A stretch of DNA of 64,000 nucleotides from Spirochaetota bacterium. GTDB taxonomy: Bacteria > Spirochaetota > UBA6919 > CBDBPB01. Below, piece after piece: positions 20,587-32,052 of the stretch. The translations under genes and the position numbers were made by a program. How positions within the stretch are numbered: the first letter of the stretch is position 1; each line of letters begins with the position of its first letter. The notes beneath the pieces are model-generated. The model was not told where the DNA came from and searched no databases. It saw only the letters and a program-made list of their open reading frames with translations. The stretch covers positions 192,001 to 256,000 of the forward strand of contig CBDBPB010000006.1 of assembly GCA_965208615.1 (NCBI GenBank). The letters are read 5' to 3'.

Positions 20587-22179
20587 ATGTATTTACATAC
20601 TCTAAGGCGTATTATAAGTATATTTTTTATTGTATTAATTCCATTAGTGATAGGGGATTTAATAATAGAGAATAAACTAGATGATCTATATAACTTGTGT
20701 TATAACTTATTATTTACCTCTATATACTATATACCCCACTCTTTTATTGCTTCGTATTTCATATTTATTTCTGTATTTCTATTTAAAAAAAAGAATACTA
20801 GACTAAATAAAAATATTACAAATAAAATAATATTTTCACCAGTAAAGTTAGGAGTATTCATAGCTTTTATTGGATTATCTGCCTTATTAATAAACTTTTT
20901 TCTTAGAGAAGTTTTTCTTCCTAATTTTTATTCCAATACTAATGCAGGGTATATCGAAAAAAAGCCTCAAAATATTAAAAAGGTAAGAAATAAGATATAT
21001 GACATAATAGACAGTTTTCAAAAAATAGATACTAAAAACACTATAAAGCTGGCTAATGACCTTGAAAAAGATAGTATATTTTTGGCTAACTTCTTTAAAA
21101 GAGTTGCACTAAGGTTTAAAAGGTCTGAACTTATTCTTATAGAAAAAGCTAAAAAAGTAGTTCCTAATTTTGAAGAGGCATATTCACACGCCAAAAATAA
21201 AGAATATGATAAGGCAATTGAGATCTTTAATAAGCAAAAGGACTTACCAGAAGTAAAATATTTTATTGATAAAATCCTTGCTGAAAATGAATACTTTACC
21301 AAAAACATTAAAAGGCATAAAATTGAAAGACTTTTGTCATTGGGAGATAGTGCTTATAAGCAAAAGCAGGTTGATGAGCATGGTTATATAGAGTATATTA
21401 AAACATTAAGTTATTACTTTCCAGAGGATAATATAAAACCTAATTTAGATAAATACGAAATTAATAAAGTTACGCCCACTGCCATAAAGGTCATACAAAA
21501 GCTGGAAAAGGTTAAAAAGTATAATTTATTACACAAAAACCTATTTTTTATGGACAGTAATATAAAGTTCGTTACGAATAAAGAATCTTTTTATATGGGA
21601 AAGACTATTCTTTCTATTGGGAGATTATTTATTCACAAGGATAATATTTTTTTAAAAGACATTATTTTGCTTTCAAACATAGATAGTACAGTTAACTCAC
21701 CAGTTTATCTTATCAAGTATGCCCAGTGGATAAAAAGTGAAAAAAAGATAAATATTTATCATATTAAAAATATACTTAGTTTTAAAAAAACTGATAAACA
21801 TTATATAAAAGATAGAAAGTCTGGTTCAATAGTGATGTCATCTAGTATTAAGCTTTATGATCTTGTTAGGTTAAATAAGACAGTTAAGATGGCCCCAAAT
21901 GTATCAATATATGATTTATATTATGTTATTTTAAACCATAGAGAAGTTCTTCCACTTGGGTTCAAGGTATATTTTATTGATAAGCTATCTTATTATGGTA
22001 GTTCAGGGATAATTGTTTTGATAATTTTGTCTATAGGTTTAATCCTAAGAACAAGGAATGGAGAGACTCCCAAACTTCATACTATAATTATAGTTAGTTT
22101 ATTTTTACTTATGCTAACCATAGTTTGTCATTATTTAGTAAAAAGTTTTTTGATGTTAATTTTATCCTCTATTTTATAA
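20587..22179 (+). CDS. Membrane protein, LptF/LptG-like, with a large helical/TPR-like periplasmic insert
   Basis: TM3 ends NFFLREVFLP. TPR-like AYSHAKNKEYDKAIEIFNK. C-terminal DKLSYYGSSGIIVLIILSIGLILRTR plus a further TM. Confidence 0.5.
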   Translation: MYLHTLRRIISIFFIVLIPLVIGDLIIENKLDDLYNLCYNLLFTSIYYIPHSFIASYFIFISVFLFKKKNTRLNKNITNKIIFSPVKLGVFIAFIGLSALLINFFLREVFLPNFYSNTNAGYIEKKPQNIKKVRNKIYDIIDSFQKIDTKNTIKLANDLEKDSIFLANFFKRVALRFKRSELILIEKAKKVVPNFEEAYSHAKNKEYDKAIEIFNKQKDLPEVKYFIDKILAENEYFTKNIKRHKIERLLSLGDSAYKQKQVDEHGYIEYIKTLSYYFPEDNIKPNLDKYEINKVTPTAIKVIQKLEKVKKYNLLHKNLFFMDSNIKFVTNKESFYMGKTILSIGRLFIHKDNIFLKDIILLSNIDSTVNSPVYLIKYAQWIKSEKKINIYHIKNILSFKKTDKHYIKDRKSGSIVMSSSIKLYDLVRLNKTVKMAPNVSIYDLYYVILNHREVLPLGFKVYFIDKLSYYGSSGIIVLIILSIGLILRTRNGETPKLHTIIIVSLFLLMLTIVCHYLVKSFLMLILSSIL

Positions 22180-22812
22180 TTGTTAATAAATGTATACATA
22201 TTTTCGTTTTATAGATAGATATATTAAAAAGGTTGTTTATGATAAAGCCCACAAGGTAAAAAGCAAGACATATAATGTAAAGGTAAGTATACTTTATATT
22301 TCTTTGTGGAACAGAAAACTAAAATATTGATGAAAAAGTTATTTTCTTGTGTCATACTGATTATCCTCCTATGCTCTTTAAATACTGGCTACTTGATTCA
22401 TCAGTAATAAATACAAAAAATGCTTTTTATGCAAGTCATAATTACTATGAGAGCTATTAAGGATCCACTACTAAGACTAAAAATGGTGATTGATAACAAT
22501 AAATAATCTTGTTTTAATGAAAATCATATATCTTAATATTATAATCTCTACTATAGAGCTAATTAAATAATATAATTAAACTACTTTTCCTTGACGCTAT
22601 ATATAAATTTTACGATTATTTATAATAAGTTTTTATAAAAATTATAAAAATATCTATTCGTTATGTTAGCATAAGTATATTATAGTTATAATATTTAAAG
22701 TTGTTATAATATTTTGTATGTAATTTAGCTTAGTATAAATCAAAAAAATTTTAAATAGCTATATTATAAGTATGCTTTCTGACAAGTTATAAATTATAAT
22801 TATGAGGACCTT

Positions 22813-23170
22813 ATGAAAGAAAATAAGAAAACTGTAAATAAAACTACCGTTTTAGGCAAAGATATTGAATTTAAAGGAATTTTAAAATTTGATGGCTTTT
22901 TACAAATAAATGGAAACTTTGAAGGTGAAATATCTGCAGAAAAAAGGTGAGCTGGTTATAGGAAAAAATGCAACCGTTAAAGCAAAAATATTGGCTAAAG
23001 ATATTTACAATATGGGAAAAATAATTGGTGACGTTTATGTGGCTAATATCTTATCTATCTCAGAGGAAGCCGAACTATTTGGAAATTTTAATAGTAATAC
23101 ATTAATTGTTCAACATGGTGGAATCATTAATGGTCAATGCACAATGAAACAAAAAAATTCTGTAGAATAA
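22813..23170 (+). CDS. Bactofilin (polymer-forming cytoskeletal protein), frameshift at A6 22940-22945
   Basis: ATG 22813 (GAGGA RBS) gives MKENKKTVNKTTVLGKDIEFKGILKFDGFLQINGNFEGEISAE. Removing one A continues KGELVIGKNATVKAKI...GGIINGQCTM. Confidence 0.88.
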
Positions 23171-23227
23171 CTATTCGCAAAATATTATTAAATAATAACT
23201 TTAATAATTATAATATATAAACTAGTT

Positions 23228-24524
23228 ATGAACTCTTTTTATAGGTTAAAACTATACGTAAGATTAAGAAAATATGCTATATATACTAGTCGACTATTTT
23301 ATATAGCATTAAAAAAGTTTTATAAGGATGAGTGCTTTGGAAAAGCAAGTATACTTTCGTATATAAGTATATTATCATTAGTCCCAGTAGCCATTTTAGT
23401 TTTTAGCGTATTCTCTACATTTGACTCTTCAAAAGAAGTGTTGAACAACATAATAAATGAAAAGATTATCCCTCATTTCTTTCCCAGTGAAGGCGAGACT
23501 ATATCGGGCTATTTAAGCGACTTCTCTGAAAGCGTTTATAAACTAACTATATTAGGAGTAATATTTTTTATTGTTGCCGCGGTAGATATTGTGTTAATCT
23601 TAGAAAATACTGCTAACTCAATATGGCAAGTGAATAAAGGTAGATCTTTACTGTCTAACTTTATGATTTATTGGTCAATGATAACAATAGGTCCGCTAAT
23701 ATTAACCGCATCCTTTTATATTACCTCTGAATACGGCTCCTATATAATGTTTGGACAGGAGTTTTCACAGTTTTTATTTCCATGGCTAATAACATGGTTT
23801 GGATTCTTTTTTATTTATCAATATATACCTAATACCAAAATTAAACCATTATCTGCAATTATTGCCGCGGCTATAGCAGGCTTTTTTTGGGAATTCGGAA
23901 AGTATGGCTTTACCTTTTATATATCTGAAGTAGCTAATCAAACTTGGGGTAAAATATATGGTAAACTCTATATTATTCCAATATTTATAATTTGGATATA
24001 TCTATCTTTTGCAATTCTTTTATACGGCATGGAAATATCTTATCTTATTCAGTTTTCTGAAATCTATAAGAAAAAACAGTTTAAAAATACTGATTTAGAT
24101 AGCTTTAAGCTTTTTTTCATCCTAAATAGCCTCTATCTGATTTTTGACAACTATGATAAAGGTAAAGGAGGACTGGAAATTAAAAATCTAGCTAACCAAA
24201 ATAGATTATCAAGGTATCAAACAAGTAAATTAATAGCTCCCCTTATAGATAAAGGTATTGTTATTCAAATATATTCCGATAAAAAAAAGACAATTCTTTC
24301 CTGGTAAACCAATAAATAGTATTAATGCTTTAGAAATAGTTAACCTTTTTAATACAAAAGATCAACTATTACTAAAAAAAGATAACCCAATAGTAAAGAA
24401 TATGTTTAATAATATACTAAATAAGATAGATTACGGTAAAAAAACTGTTTTTGCTAATCTTACTCTAAAAGACTTAATGGGTGAACATTTATCCATGACT
24501 TCAAAGCATACTAGAGCTATATAA
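23228..24524 (+). CDS. YihY/virulence factor BrkB family membrane protein with C-terminal winged-helix-like extension; frameshift at A8 24281-24288
   Basis: ASILSYISILSLVP, NSIWQV, YWSMITIGP, IYGKLYIIPIFIIWIY. Removing one A joins the downstream ORF (KKRQFFPGKP...LTLKDL). Confidence 0.85.
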
Positions 24525-24526
24525 AA

Positions 24527-25083
24527 TTGATAGAAGTAGAAAGAAAGTGTTGGATCCTAAATAAAAAAAAGATTTTAGCCTTTCTTTATAAAAATGCAGT
24601 CCTAAAAACTGAAGTAACTAAGAATGACTTCTATTATATAGAAAAATCTAATAATAATAAAAGTATTATATGCGAAAATGATAAAATTTTTCGAGTTAGA
24701 CTTTTAAATAATAAATATTTTGCTACTTTTAAAGAAAAGAGCTTAAAAAATAAAACTGAAATAAATATAGAAAATGAATTTGAGATTATAGATAATATTA
24801 GCTTTATAAAGTTTATAAATTATCTCGGCTTTACAAAACTAATTGAAAAAACTAAAGAAAGCAAAATCTTTATAATTGATAACGTTACTCTAGAATATAA
24901 CTATCTACATAATCTTGGTTACTTCTTAGAAGCAGAGATCATTTGTGAAAGAAAAGTCAAATTGATAGTGCAATATCTAAAATAAATAAGATATTTAATA
25001 AAATGGGTATTAACAAAAAAGATATAGAAAGTAAAACCTATATAGAATTATTATTAGAAAGGATGTATAATGAAAGAATTTGA
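24527..25083 (+). CDS. CYTH-domain protein (class IV adenylate cyclase-like), frameshift near 24947-24955
   Basis: IEVERK (EXEXK), RVR, LGYFLEAE. The shifted frame continues SQIDSAISKINKIFNKMGINKKDIESKTYIELLL to TGA 25081-25083. Confidence 0.8.
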
Positions 25084-26467
25084 AAAACTAAATATGATAG
25101 AACAAGTAACTAAGCTCAACGCTCTTAATGATATGGCGGCTCTTAAGATGCCTTCTAGCATTAACCCAGACCCCACAATCACAAGAAATCTTGCAAGACT
25201 ATCCTTAGAAAAGTTCCAAAAGCTTGTAGAAAACAATAAAACTAAGGCTAAAAAAAATAATAACCCTATAGAAATTGATGGATCAGAACTATCAGGTGTA
25301 AAGGGTGGAGCAGATATATGGAGCGTAAATCCTGATGGCTCTTTGTCTAGGAAATATAAAGCCGTACCTGAGGTTGTGGATCTTATAGAAATGAGAAGAA
25401 CTGAACGTGTTGCTGAACCAAATAAACCTGTAAATATAGAAACCATTTATGAGATTATACGTCTTGCCCATAGAGCACCTAATGCTACTAATGAACAACC
25501 ATCTCGCGTACTTATTTATACTCAAGACCATCCGGCTATGAACAAGATTGGTATTGCTATGAATGAAGCCCTTAATGATATTATTGTTCCACAAATTAAC
25601 CTTAAATATTATATTCTTCATGCAAAAAAAGAGAATAATGACTTTCTAAAAAAATATACACTAGAACAAATAAGCTCCATGACTGATGAAGAAATAGCTA
25701 AGTTCGAAGATATGCCTGCTCCATTGCATGACCTTCCAAGAACTAGGAATAGCCTTATTAGTAGAGGAAAGCTCCTTATAGAAAATGCTAGGTATTATAA
25801 CTGTCGTGAGAAAAATGATAAGGTCATAAAGCTAAAGGAGTATACCCTTAAGGATATGGTTCGTGCAGATAAAGTATTTGCCCAAGGTATGGGACGGTTT
25901 TTTTTAAAGTTTAAAAATACACATCCTGTATTACTCGTTGTTCTGAGACAGGTTCGCTATACATCTGGTATGACTGAGGCACTAGAAAAATATGGTATTA
26001 AATTGCCAGATGTCGGAGAAGCTCATATTGATGCTGGAATATTTACTGATCACTTAGCACTTGCTACCAGAGGATTAGGTTTATCAGGGGTTATAAAAAC
26101 TGGTCCCTTAGACTTAGCCGCTGATAAAATTGCCTCTATCTTTATAGAAGACCTAAATAATCAAAGTGAACAAGTTAAAAAGCTAATGAAAAAAAATATG
26201 GATAATAATGCTCTTGAGATAGAATATCATAAATTAATATCACTTAGAGATGGGCTAAAAGTTGGGTTAGAGCATTACTATGCAAGGCATAATCATCAAA
26301 AAATTACTCCTGAAGTAAAAAAGCAAATATTTATGGGTAAGGGATATTTCCCAGCTACCTTTTTTCAGTTAGGTCATCCACTTTCTGATCCAGGAGAACG
26401 AGTTATGGACCCAAGACAAGGGCGTAATCCTGTTAATAATATGCTTGTTTATATGTCTTATGTATAA
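25070..26467 (+). CDS. Nitroreductase-fold (FMN-binding) protein with large extensions and insertions
   Basis: IEMRRTER...IIRLAHRAPNATNEQP and DAGIFTDHLALATRGLGL, FQLGHP..PR match nitroreductase motifs. Confidence 0.7.
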   Translation: MKEFEKLNMIEQVTKLNALNDMAALKMPSSINPDPTITRNLARLSLEKFQKLVENNKTKAKKNNNPIEIDGSELSGVKGGADIWSVNPDGSLSRKYKAVPEVVDLIEMRRTERVAEPNKPVNIETIYEIIRLAHRAPNATNEQPSRVLIYTQDHPAMNKIGIAMNEALNDIIVPQINLKYYILHAKKENNDFLKKYTLEQISSMTDEEIAKFEDMPAPLHDLPRTRNSLISRGKLLIENARYYNCREKNDKVIKLKEYTLKDMVRADKVFAQGMGRFFLKFKNTHPVLLVVLRQVRYTSGMTEALEKYGIKLPDVGEAHIDAGIFTDHLALATRGLGLSGVIKTGPLDLAADKIASIFIEDLNNQSEQVKKLMKKNMDNNALEIEYHKLISLRDGLKVGLEHYYARHNHQKITPEVKKQIFMGKGYFPATFFQLGHPLSDPGERVMDPRQGRNPVNNMLVYMSYV

Positions 26468-26748
26468 GTTATAATATGGCTAATTGTTAACAAACGTTCT
26501 AATAAAAATATCTTTTACTATGCTTATTAATAGAATAATAAATAATACCGTCTAATACTTATTATTTATATCCATACAAAATAACAATGACAAAAATGGG
26601 ATTTATAATTATATTTTTATTAAGGAATAGTAAATTTATTTTGAACTTTTAAACTAATTAAAACATTAAATACGTTTTTATATGTTTACTCAGTAGCCCA
26701 TTTATACTTTTTATAAATACTATACCTTTATACAACGGAGTAAGTTAC

Positions 26749-28177
26749 ATGGGAATGTTAAATAAAGAAAGGTATTTTTGGTTAGGTTTAATATTTATTC
26801 TATTATTAATAAACCTTAGTCCCTTTTCAATACAAAGTCTTGCTTATAATAAAAATAATAAAAAGGAAGAGGTATATTTATCAGTTTTAAATGAAGCCTT
26901 ATATCATATAAGATCAAAATATATTGATGAAAGTAAAATTGATTATAAAAATCTGATTTATGGTGCAATAAATGGAATGATTAATGCTACCAAAGATGAT
27001 CATAGCACATTCCTATCAGAAGAAACTTATAAAGAACTTAATAAAAATCTTAAGGGTACCTTTCACGGTATTGGAATTTATATCTCTATAAAAGATGGCT
27101 ATCCCATAGTAATTGCTCCTATTGAAGATACTCCTGCGCATAAAGTTGGCCTTAAACCAGAAGATAAAATCGTAGAAATTGAGGGTAAGCCTACTAAAGG
27201 GCTTAACATAAGAGAAGTAGTAAAAAAACTAAAGGGATTAAAAAATACTAAGGTATCTATTAAAGTATTACGGGAAAATGAATTAGAGTTGATTCCATTT
27301 ACTATTACTAGAGCAGTTATTAAGGTAAAGTCTGTTAAGTTTAAGTTTATTAATAAAAGAAAAGGCCTAGCCTATATTCGAATTGCTACATTTTCTAAGA
27401 ATACTACCACTGAACTAAAAAAAGCTCTTAATTACTTAAATAATAAAGGTATGAAAAAACTTATAGTCGATTTAAGAAATAATCCTGGTGGCCTTCTCAA
27501 CGTTGTACATAAAGTGTGTGATATGTTTTTGAACAAAGGTGTTATAGTATCCACCAAGGGACGTAATAATAAAAATAATAAAACTTTTTTTGCTAGTCCA
27601 GAAAATACTATCCTGAATATTAAAGTCCCTTTAGTTGTTCTAATTAATGAAGGAAGTGCTTCTGCATCCGAGATATTTGCTGGTGCAATTCAGGACACTA
27701 AAAGAGGAACTATTATAGGCGTAAAAAGCTTTGGCAAAGGATCTGTACAAGAGGTTATTTCTCTTAACTCTATTAATAATAATGTTGCCATAAAGATTAC
27801 CACACAAAAAATACTTGACTCCAAAAGGACGTAGTATCCATAAAAAAGGTATTATACCCGATGTTATAGTTAAAGTGCCTAAAAAATCTTTTGAACAATT
27901 GTATATGGAAAGAAAACTTCATAATGGTAAGTATTTATCCAGGTTTATAAAGAAATACCCAAATTATAGCTCTCGTAACATTGATAAGCTTATAGCCACT
28001 ACTAAAAAAGATGGAATCTCTCTTGAGAGGAGTACTATAAAAAAACTTATTCTCCTTGAAAAAAATCGTAACAAAATATTGGTCTATGACTTAAACCATG
28101 ATATTCAGCTTAGCAAAGCTGTTGATAAAATTGAGAGTCAAAAATATGATGCTAATATGGTTAAAGTGTTTAAGTAA
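26749..28177 (+). CDS. ctpA: S41A carboxyl-terminal processing protease, frameshift at A6 27806-27811
   Basis: PDZ GIGI, DLRNNPGG, GSASASEI, SFGKGSVQ. Removing one A gives TTQKYLTPKGRSIHKKGIIPD. Confidence 0.9.
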
Positions 28178-28253
28178 CTAACTCTATAATTTATAGTTAT
28201 TGGTATATAGTTTTAAATAAATAAAATAGATTTAATTATTTGGTATAATCAGT

Positions 28254-29300
28254 GTGATAGATAATAGTAGACATATAGAATGTGAAAATCGTCAACTATT
28301 TTTTCTGTCTGATATAAGTAAAAAACTTCTTAAACAAGAGGGACTAAATAATATTTTCTCTTGCATTGTGAATAACTGTTTTGAAAATCTGGATATACCT
28401 ACTTTATCAATTGCTTATACTAATTTTATTAACGAGGATATTAACTATAAAGCTATAATCTTTCAAGATATAGAAAAAATTAATAATAACAAAAAAGAAG
28501 TCTTTTTTTCTAAAAATGATAAAATAATAAAAAAAATTAAAACTTTAGAAGAAATCACTAAGTATAAAAAAACTTAAAAATGAATATCCAGCAATTGCAA
28601 ATGAAGACCCTCTTGCTATACTGAAAGCAGATATTATTATTCCAATGAAAACCAAAAGCCTATTTATCGGGTTTATCACTATAGGAAGCAAGAAAAATTG
28701 TGAGACTTTTAACTCATCAGAAATACAATATTTAAATACCATTGCAAACTTTGCTACCTTAGCTATAGAAAACTCCATTCTAAATAATATAATAATAAGT
28801 GATGCTAAAACCCATTTATATACTTATAAATATGCTATAGAACAGCTTTTAAAAGAGTTTAATAAATCTATTCGCTATAACTTACCATTTTCACTGGTTA
28901 TGTGCGATATAGACTATTTTAAAAAAGTGAATGACAAATATGGACATAGATTTGGAGATGAAATCTTAAAATATATTGCATATATCATTAAATCCGAAGT
29001 TAGAACTATTGATATTGTTGGACGATATGGTGGTGAGGAATTTATAGTTGTAATGCCTATGACTAAAAAAAAAGGGGCTTGTTATGCTGTTGAAAGAATA
29101 AGAAAAAAAATTACAAAAAAACTTATAAATTTAAAGATACCTTCCTTAAGGTAACTGTTAGCTTTGGCATTTCCAGCTTCTGTAACAACAATTATAAAAA
29201 TATAGAAGAAATAATAGATAATGCAGATAAAGCACTATATTGTGCTAAAAAAAGTGGGCGTAACCTAATAGTACATTGTGATGATAAAATATTACTCTAA
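28254..29300 (+). CDS. GAF-GGDEF diguanylate cyclase, two frameshifts (28566-28572 and ~29103-29121)
   Basis: DIDYFKKVNDKYGH, RxxD I-site RTID, RYGGEEF. The shifted frame supplies VTVSFGIS...ADKALYCAKKSGRN, ending TAA 29298-29300. Confidence 0.88.
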
Positions 29301-30321
29301 TCATAAACATTTATGCTTATATGGTACTAAGCCTAAATCAGAAATCATTGCAAGATCATCTTTTGTAGATCTTCCTTTGGTAGTTAGGTAATTCCCTAAA
29401 AGCATACCACTTGCTCCTGCAAAGAATATCCAAGATTGCAGGTCTTTTAATACTTTTTCACGGCCCCCCATAACCATTATATTTTTATCAGGAAAAATTA
29501 ATCTATATATAGCTACTATTTTCAATGCTTCAAAGGGTTTCAACAGTTTAACTGATTCTAATGGAGTGCCTTTTATAGGATTCAAAAAATTAATTGGAAT
29601 AGAGTCTACTTTTAGCATTCTTAAATCAAAGGCTAACTCTATACGTTGATCCCAACTTTCTCCCATGCCAAATATACCTCCGCAACAGGTATATAATCCA
29701 ACCTTTTTTGCATTTTTTATAATTTTTAATTCATCGTCATAAGAGTGGGTTGTTATTATATTAGGAAAAAAACTTCGTGCACTTTCTAAGTTATGGTGGA
29801 AGTGGTCCATTCCAATGTTTTTTCAATTGTAAAAGCTCTTGCTCAGACATTAAACCAAGAGAACTACAAACCTCCATATTGGTATTGGATTTTGTATACT
29901 TAATAGCTTTTTTAATAGTATCAAACTCTTTTGGGTTACTAAGTTTTTTACCACTGGTTACAAAAGAGAATTCACTAGCTCCATTTTTTGCCGCATTATC
30001 TATTGATTTCTTAAGCTCCTCAAATGATAACAGTTTAAAGTTAGAGACTGGAGTATTAAATTTAGATGATTGTCCGCAAAAACCACAGTCCTCTGCACAA
30101 AGACCAGACTTAGCATTGGTAATAGAACAAAGAGTAATCTTTTTTCCAATAAAACATTCCCTTACCTCATTAGCTCCTTGAAAAAGGGAAAATAGCTCTT
30201 TTAAGTCTTTTTCATGGTCAATGTTAGCAAGATATTTTGCCTCTTCAAAAGAAATATCTTTTTTATTAAGAGCTTTTTCTTTTATGTTATTTATATCTAC
30301 TTTAATAATAGCTTTATTCAT
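29301..30321 (-). CDS. bioB: Biotin synthase, frameshift at 29818-29823
   Basis: NAKSGLCAEDCGFCGQS, VCSSLG, HHNLE, CCGGIFGMGE, PINFL, GNYLTT. Removing one base joins QLKNIGMDHFHHNLE. Confidence 0.92.
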
Positions 30322-30531
30322 AGTTCAGATAACCCAGTTATGCAATATTTTTTATAAAATATAATTGTTGTACCAGTATTAATTTTTAAATAAACACGTT
30401 AATGATTAAATATAGTAAGCCCTAACATAACTGACAAACAATAGAATAATAAGAAACAAAAAAATTCCTAACATAAATATAATAAATTATCGATATAGAG
30501 TTTAACATAACACTTAAAAAGGATATTAGAT

Positions 30532-30948
30532 ATGGGGGCAAATTTTCAGCTGACTAAGTACGATATGAAGGATTATCACGTATTCCGTTTAGAAGCAAAT
30601 AATAAAAAAGAAAAAAACCCTTCTCAGATAGGCTTTGCCATAATAGAACTAAAAAATATTAAAATTACTTGTCCAAAATGTAAACGAGAAACTAAAATAA
30701 TCCAAACATGGTGGCATAATAAATTACCATTTAAATATATATCAGGTCAGATAAAAGAGCTTGATATCTCCCTTTGCCTTGATTGCGCCGTAGAAGAAAA
30801 CTATAACGGTATATCTGATCTCAAAAATAATTATAACAAAAATAAAAATAATCATAGCCTACTAGCTCAATATGAAATAAATAATGAACAAATAGAGTAT
30901 TATAAATTATATAAAGCAGAACAAGAAAAATTATTACCCGCCTACTAA
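30532..30948 (+). CDS. Hypothetical protein with two CxxC motifs (putative zinc ribbon)
   Basis: CPKC and CLDC; AAGGA RBS. Confidence 0.65.
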   Translation: MGANFQLTKYDMKDYHVFRLEANNKKEKNPSQIGFAIIELKNIKITCPKCKRETKIIQTWWHNKLPFKYISGQIKELDISLCLDCAVEENYNGISDLKNNYNKNKNNHSLLAQYEINNEQIEYYKLYKAEQEKLLPAY

Positions 30949-30963
30949 AAATATATAATTATT

Positions 30964-32052
30964 TTATTCCCACGTAAATATCTTAATAGATATAAAAAAA
31001 CAAATCACTAATACAACTAATTGTGCTAATATCTGCTTTGACAAATGATAAAATGGTACTCCATAATTAATAACCTCTCTTAAAGCCTCTGTTAGGTGAG
31101 TCAGGGGGATAAAATAAACTAAAGGACGTATAACCTCTGGAATACGATCAACAGAAAAATATACTCCACCCAATATCATCATAGGAAAAAATAAAATATT
31201 TGCCACTACAGCCGCAGTCTCTGCCTTTTTAACCCTACTCGCAATCAAAAAACCAATAGAAGAAAATGTTAGTAATCCCACAGTTAAAACTATTATTAAT
31301 GATAATATATCTCCATAAATCTTTATCCCAAAAAATAAATAGGCTATAATAATAAGAAATATGGTTTCTAATAAAACAATAATATACCTTTCTATTATGT
31401 GTCCCGCTATAAAAATAGACTTTCTAAGAGGCGTTAACGAAAGCCTTCTTAGTTTTCCGTGTTCCCTGTAAGATGAAATAAGTATACCTATTCCAAAAAG
31501 ACAAGTAGACATTATTGTCATGCCGATAACACCAGGATAAAGAAAATCAATATAGGATAATTTCCTTTTTCTATTAGCTAAATTAACCTTTTTCAACTTG
31601 ATAACTGGTGACTTTTTAAGTAAATTAAAATTAATAGAAAGTAAATGTTCATGTAGTAAAGAAATTACATTCTCATTGCTAGCGCCATAAACCATATTGT
31701 AATATAAAACAATCTCACTACGACTTTTAAGAAAACTATTCCTAAACCCCTTTGGAACAACTAATACTAATTCCCCATGATTATAATTAGTCTTTTGTTT
31801 AAAACTGTCAAAGGTATTAATTACCTTAATATTTATATCCTTAGCCCTTTTCAGCTGATTAATAACTAAAATTGAACTATCTGACTTATCTTTATCATAA
31901 ACATAAACAACAGCCTTTTTTTCATCATAGGTAAAAAACCAGCCTACCAATATCATCATAAGAGCGGGGAATAAAAATGACCAGTATACAGATATAGGCT
32001 CTCTAAAAAATAATTTTAACTCTAAAATAATTTGATTTAATAAAACCCTCAT
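30964..32052 (-). CDS. ABC-2 type transporter permease
   Basis: N-terminal TM, extracytoplasmic loop, YIDFLYPG, REHGKLRRL, PLTH; five C-terminal TMs. Confidence 0.9.
   Translation of the reverse strand: MRVLLNQIILELKLFFREPISVYWSFLFPALMMILVGWFFTYDEKKAVVYVYDKDKSDSSILVINQLKRAKDINIKVINTFDSFKQKTNYNHGELVLVVPKGFRNSFLKSRSEIVLYYNMVYGASNENVISLLHEHLLSINFNLLKKSPVIKLKKVNLANRKRKLSYIDFLYPGVIGMTIMSTCLFGIGILISSYREHGKLRRLSLTPLRKSIFIAGHIIERYIIVLLETIFLIIIAYLFFGIKIYGDILSLIIVLTVGLLTFSSIGFLIASRVKKAETAAVVANILFFPMMILGGVYFSVDRIPEVIRPLVYFIPLTHLTEALREVINYGVPFYHLSKQILAQLVVLVICFFISIKIFTWE

Noticed and set aside
30322-30531. BirA operator upstream of bioB
   Set aside because: No convincing TGTAAAC-N14/16-GTTTACA-type palindrome is present.
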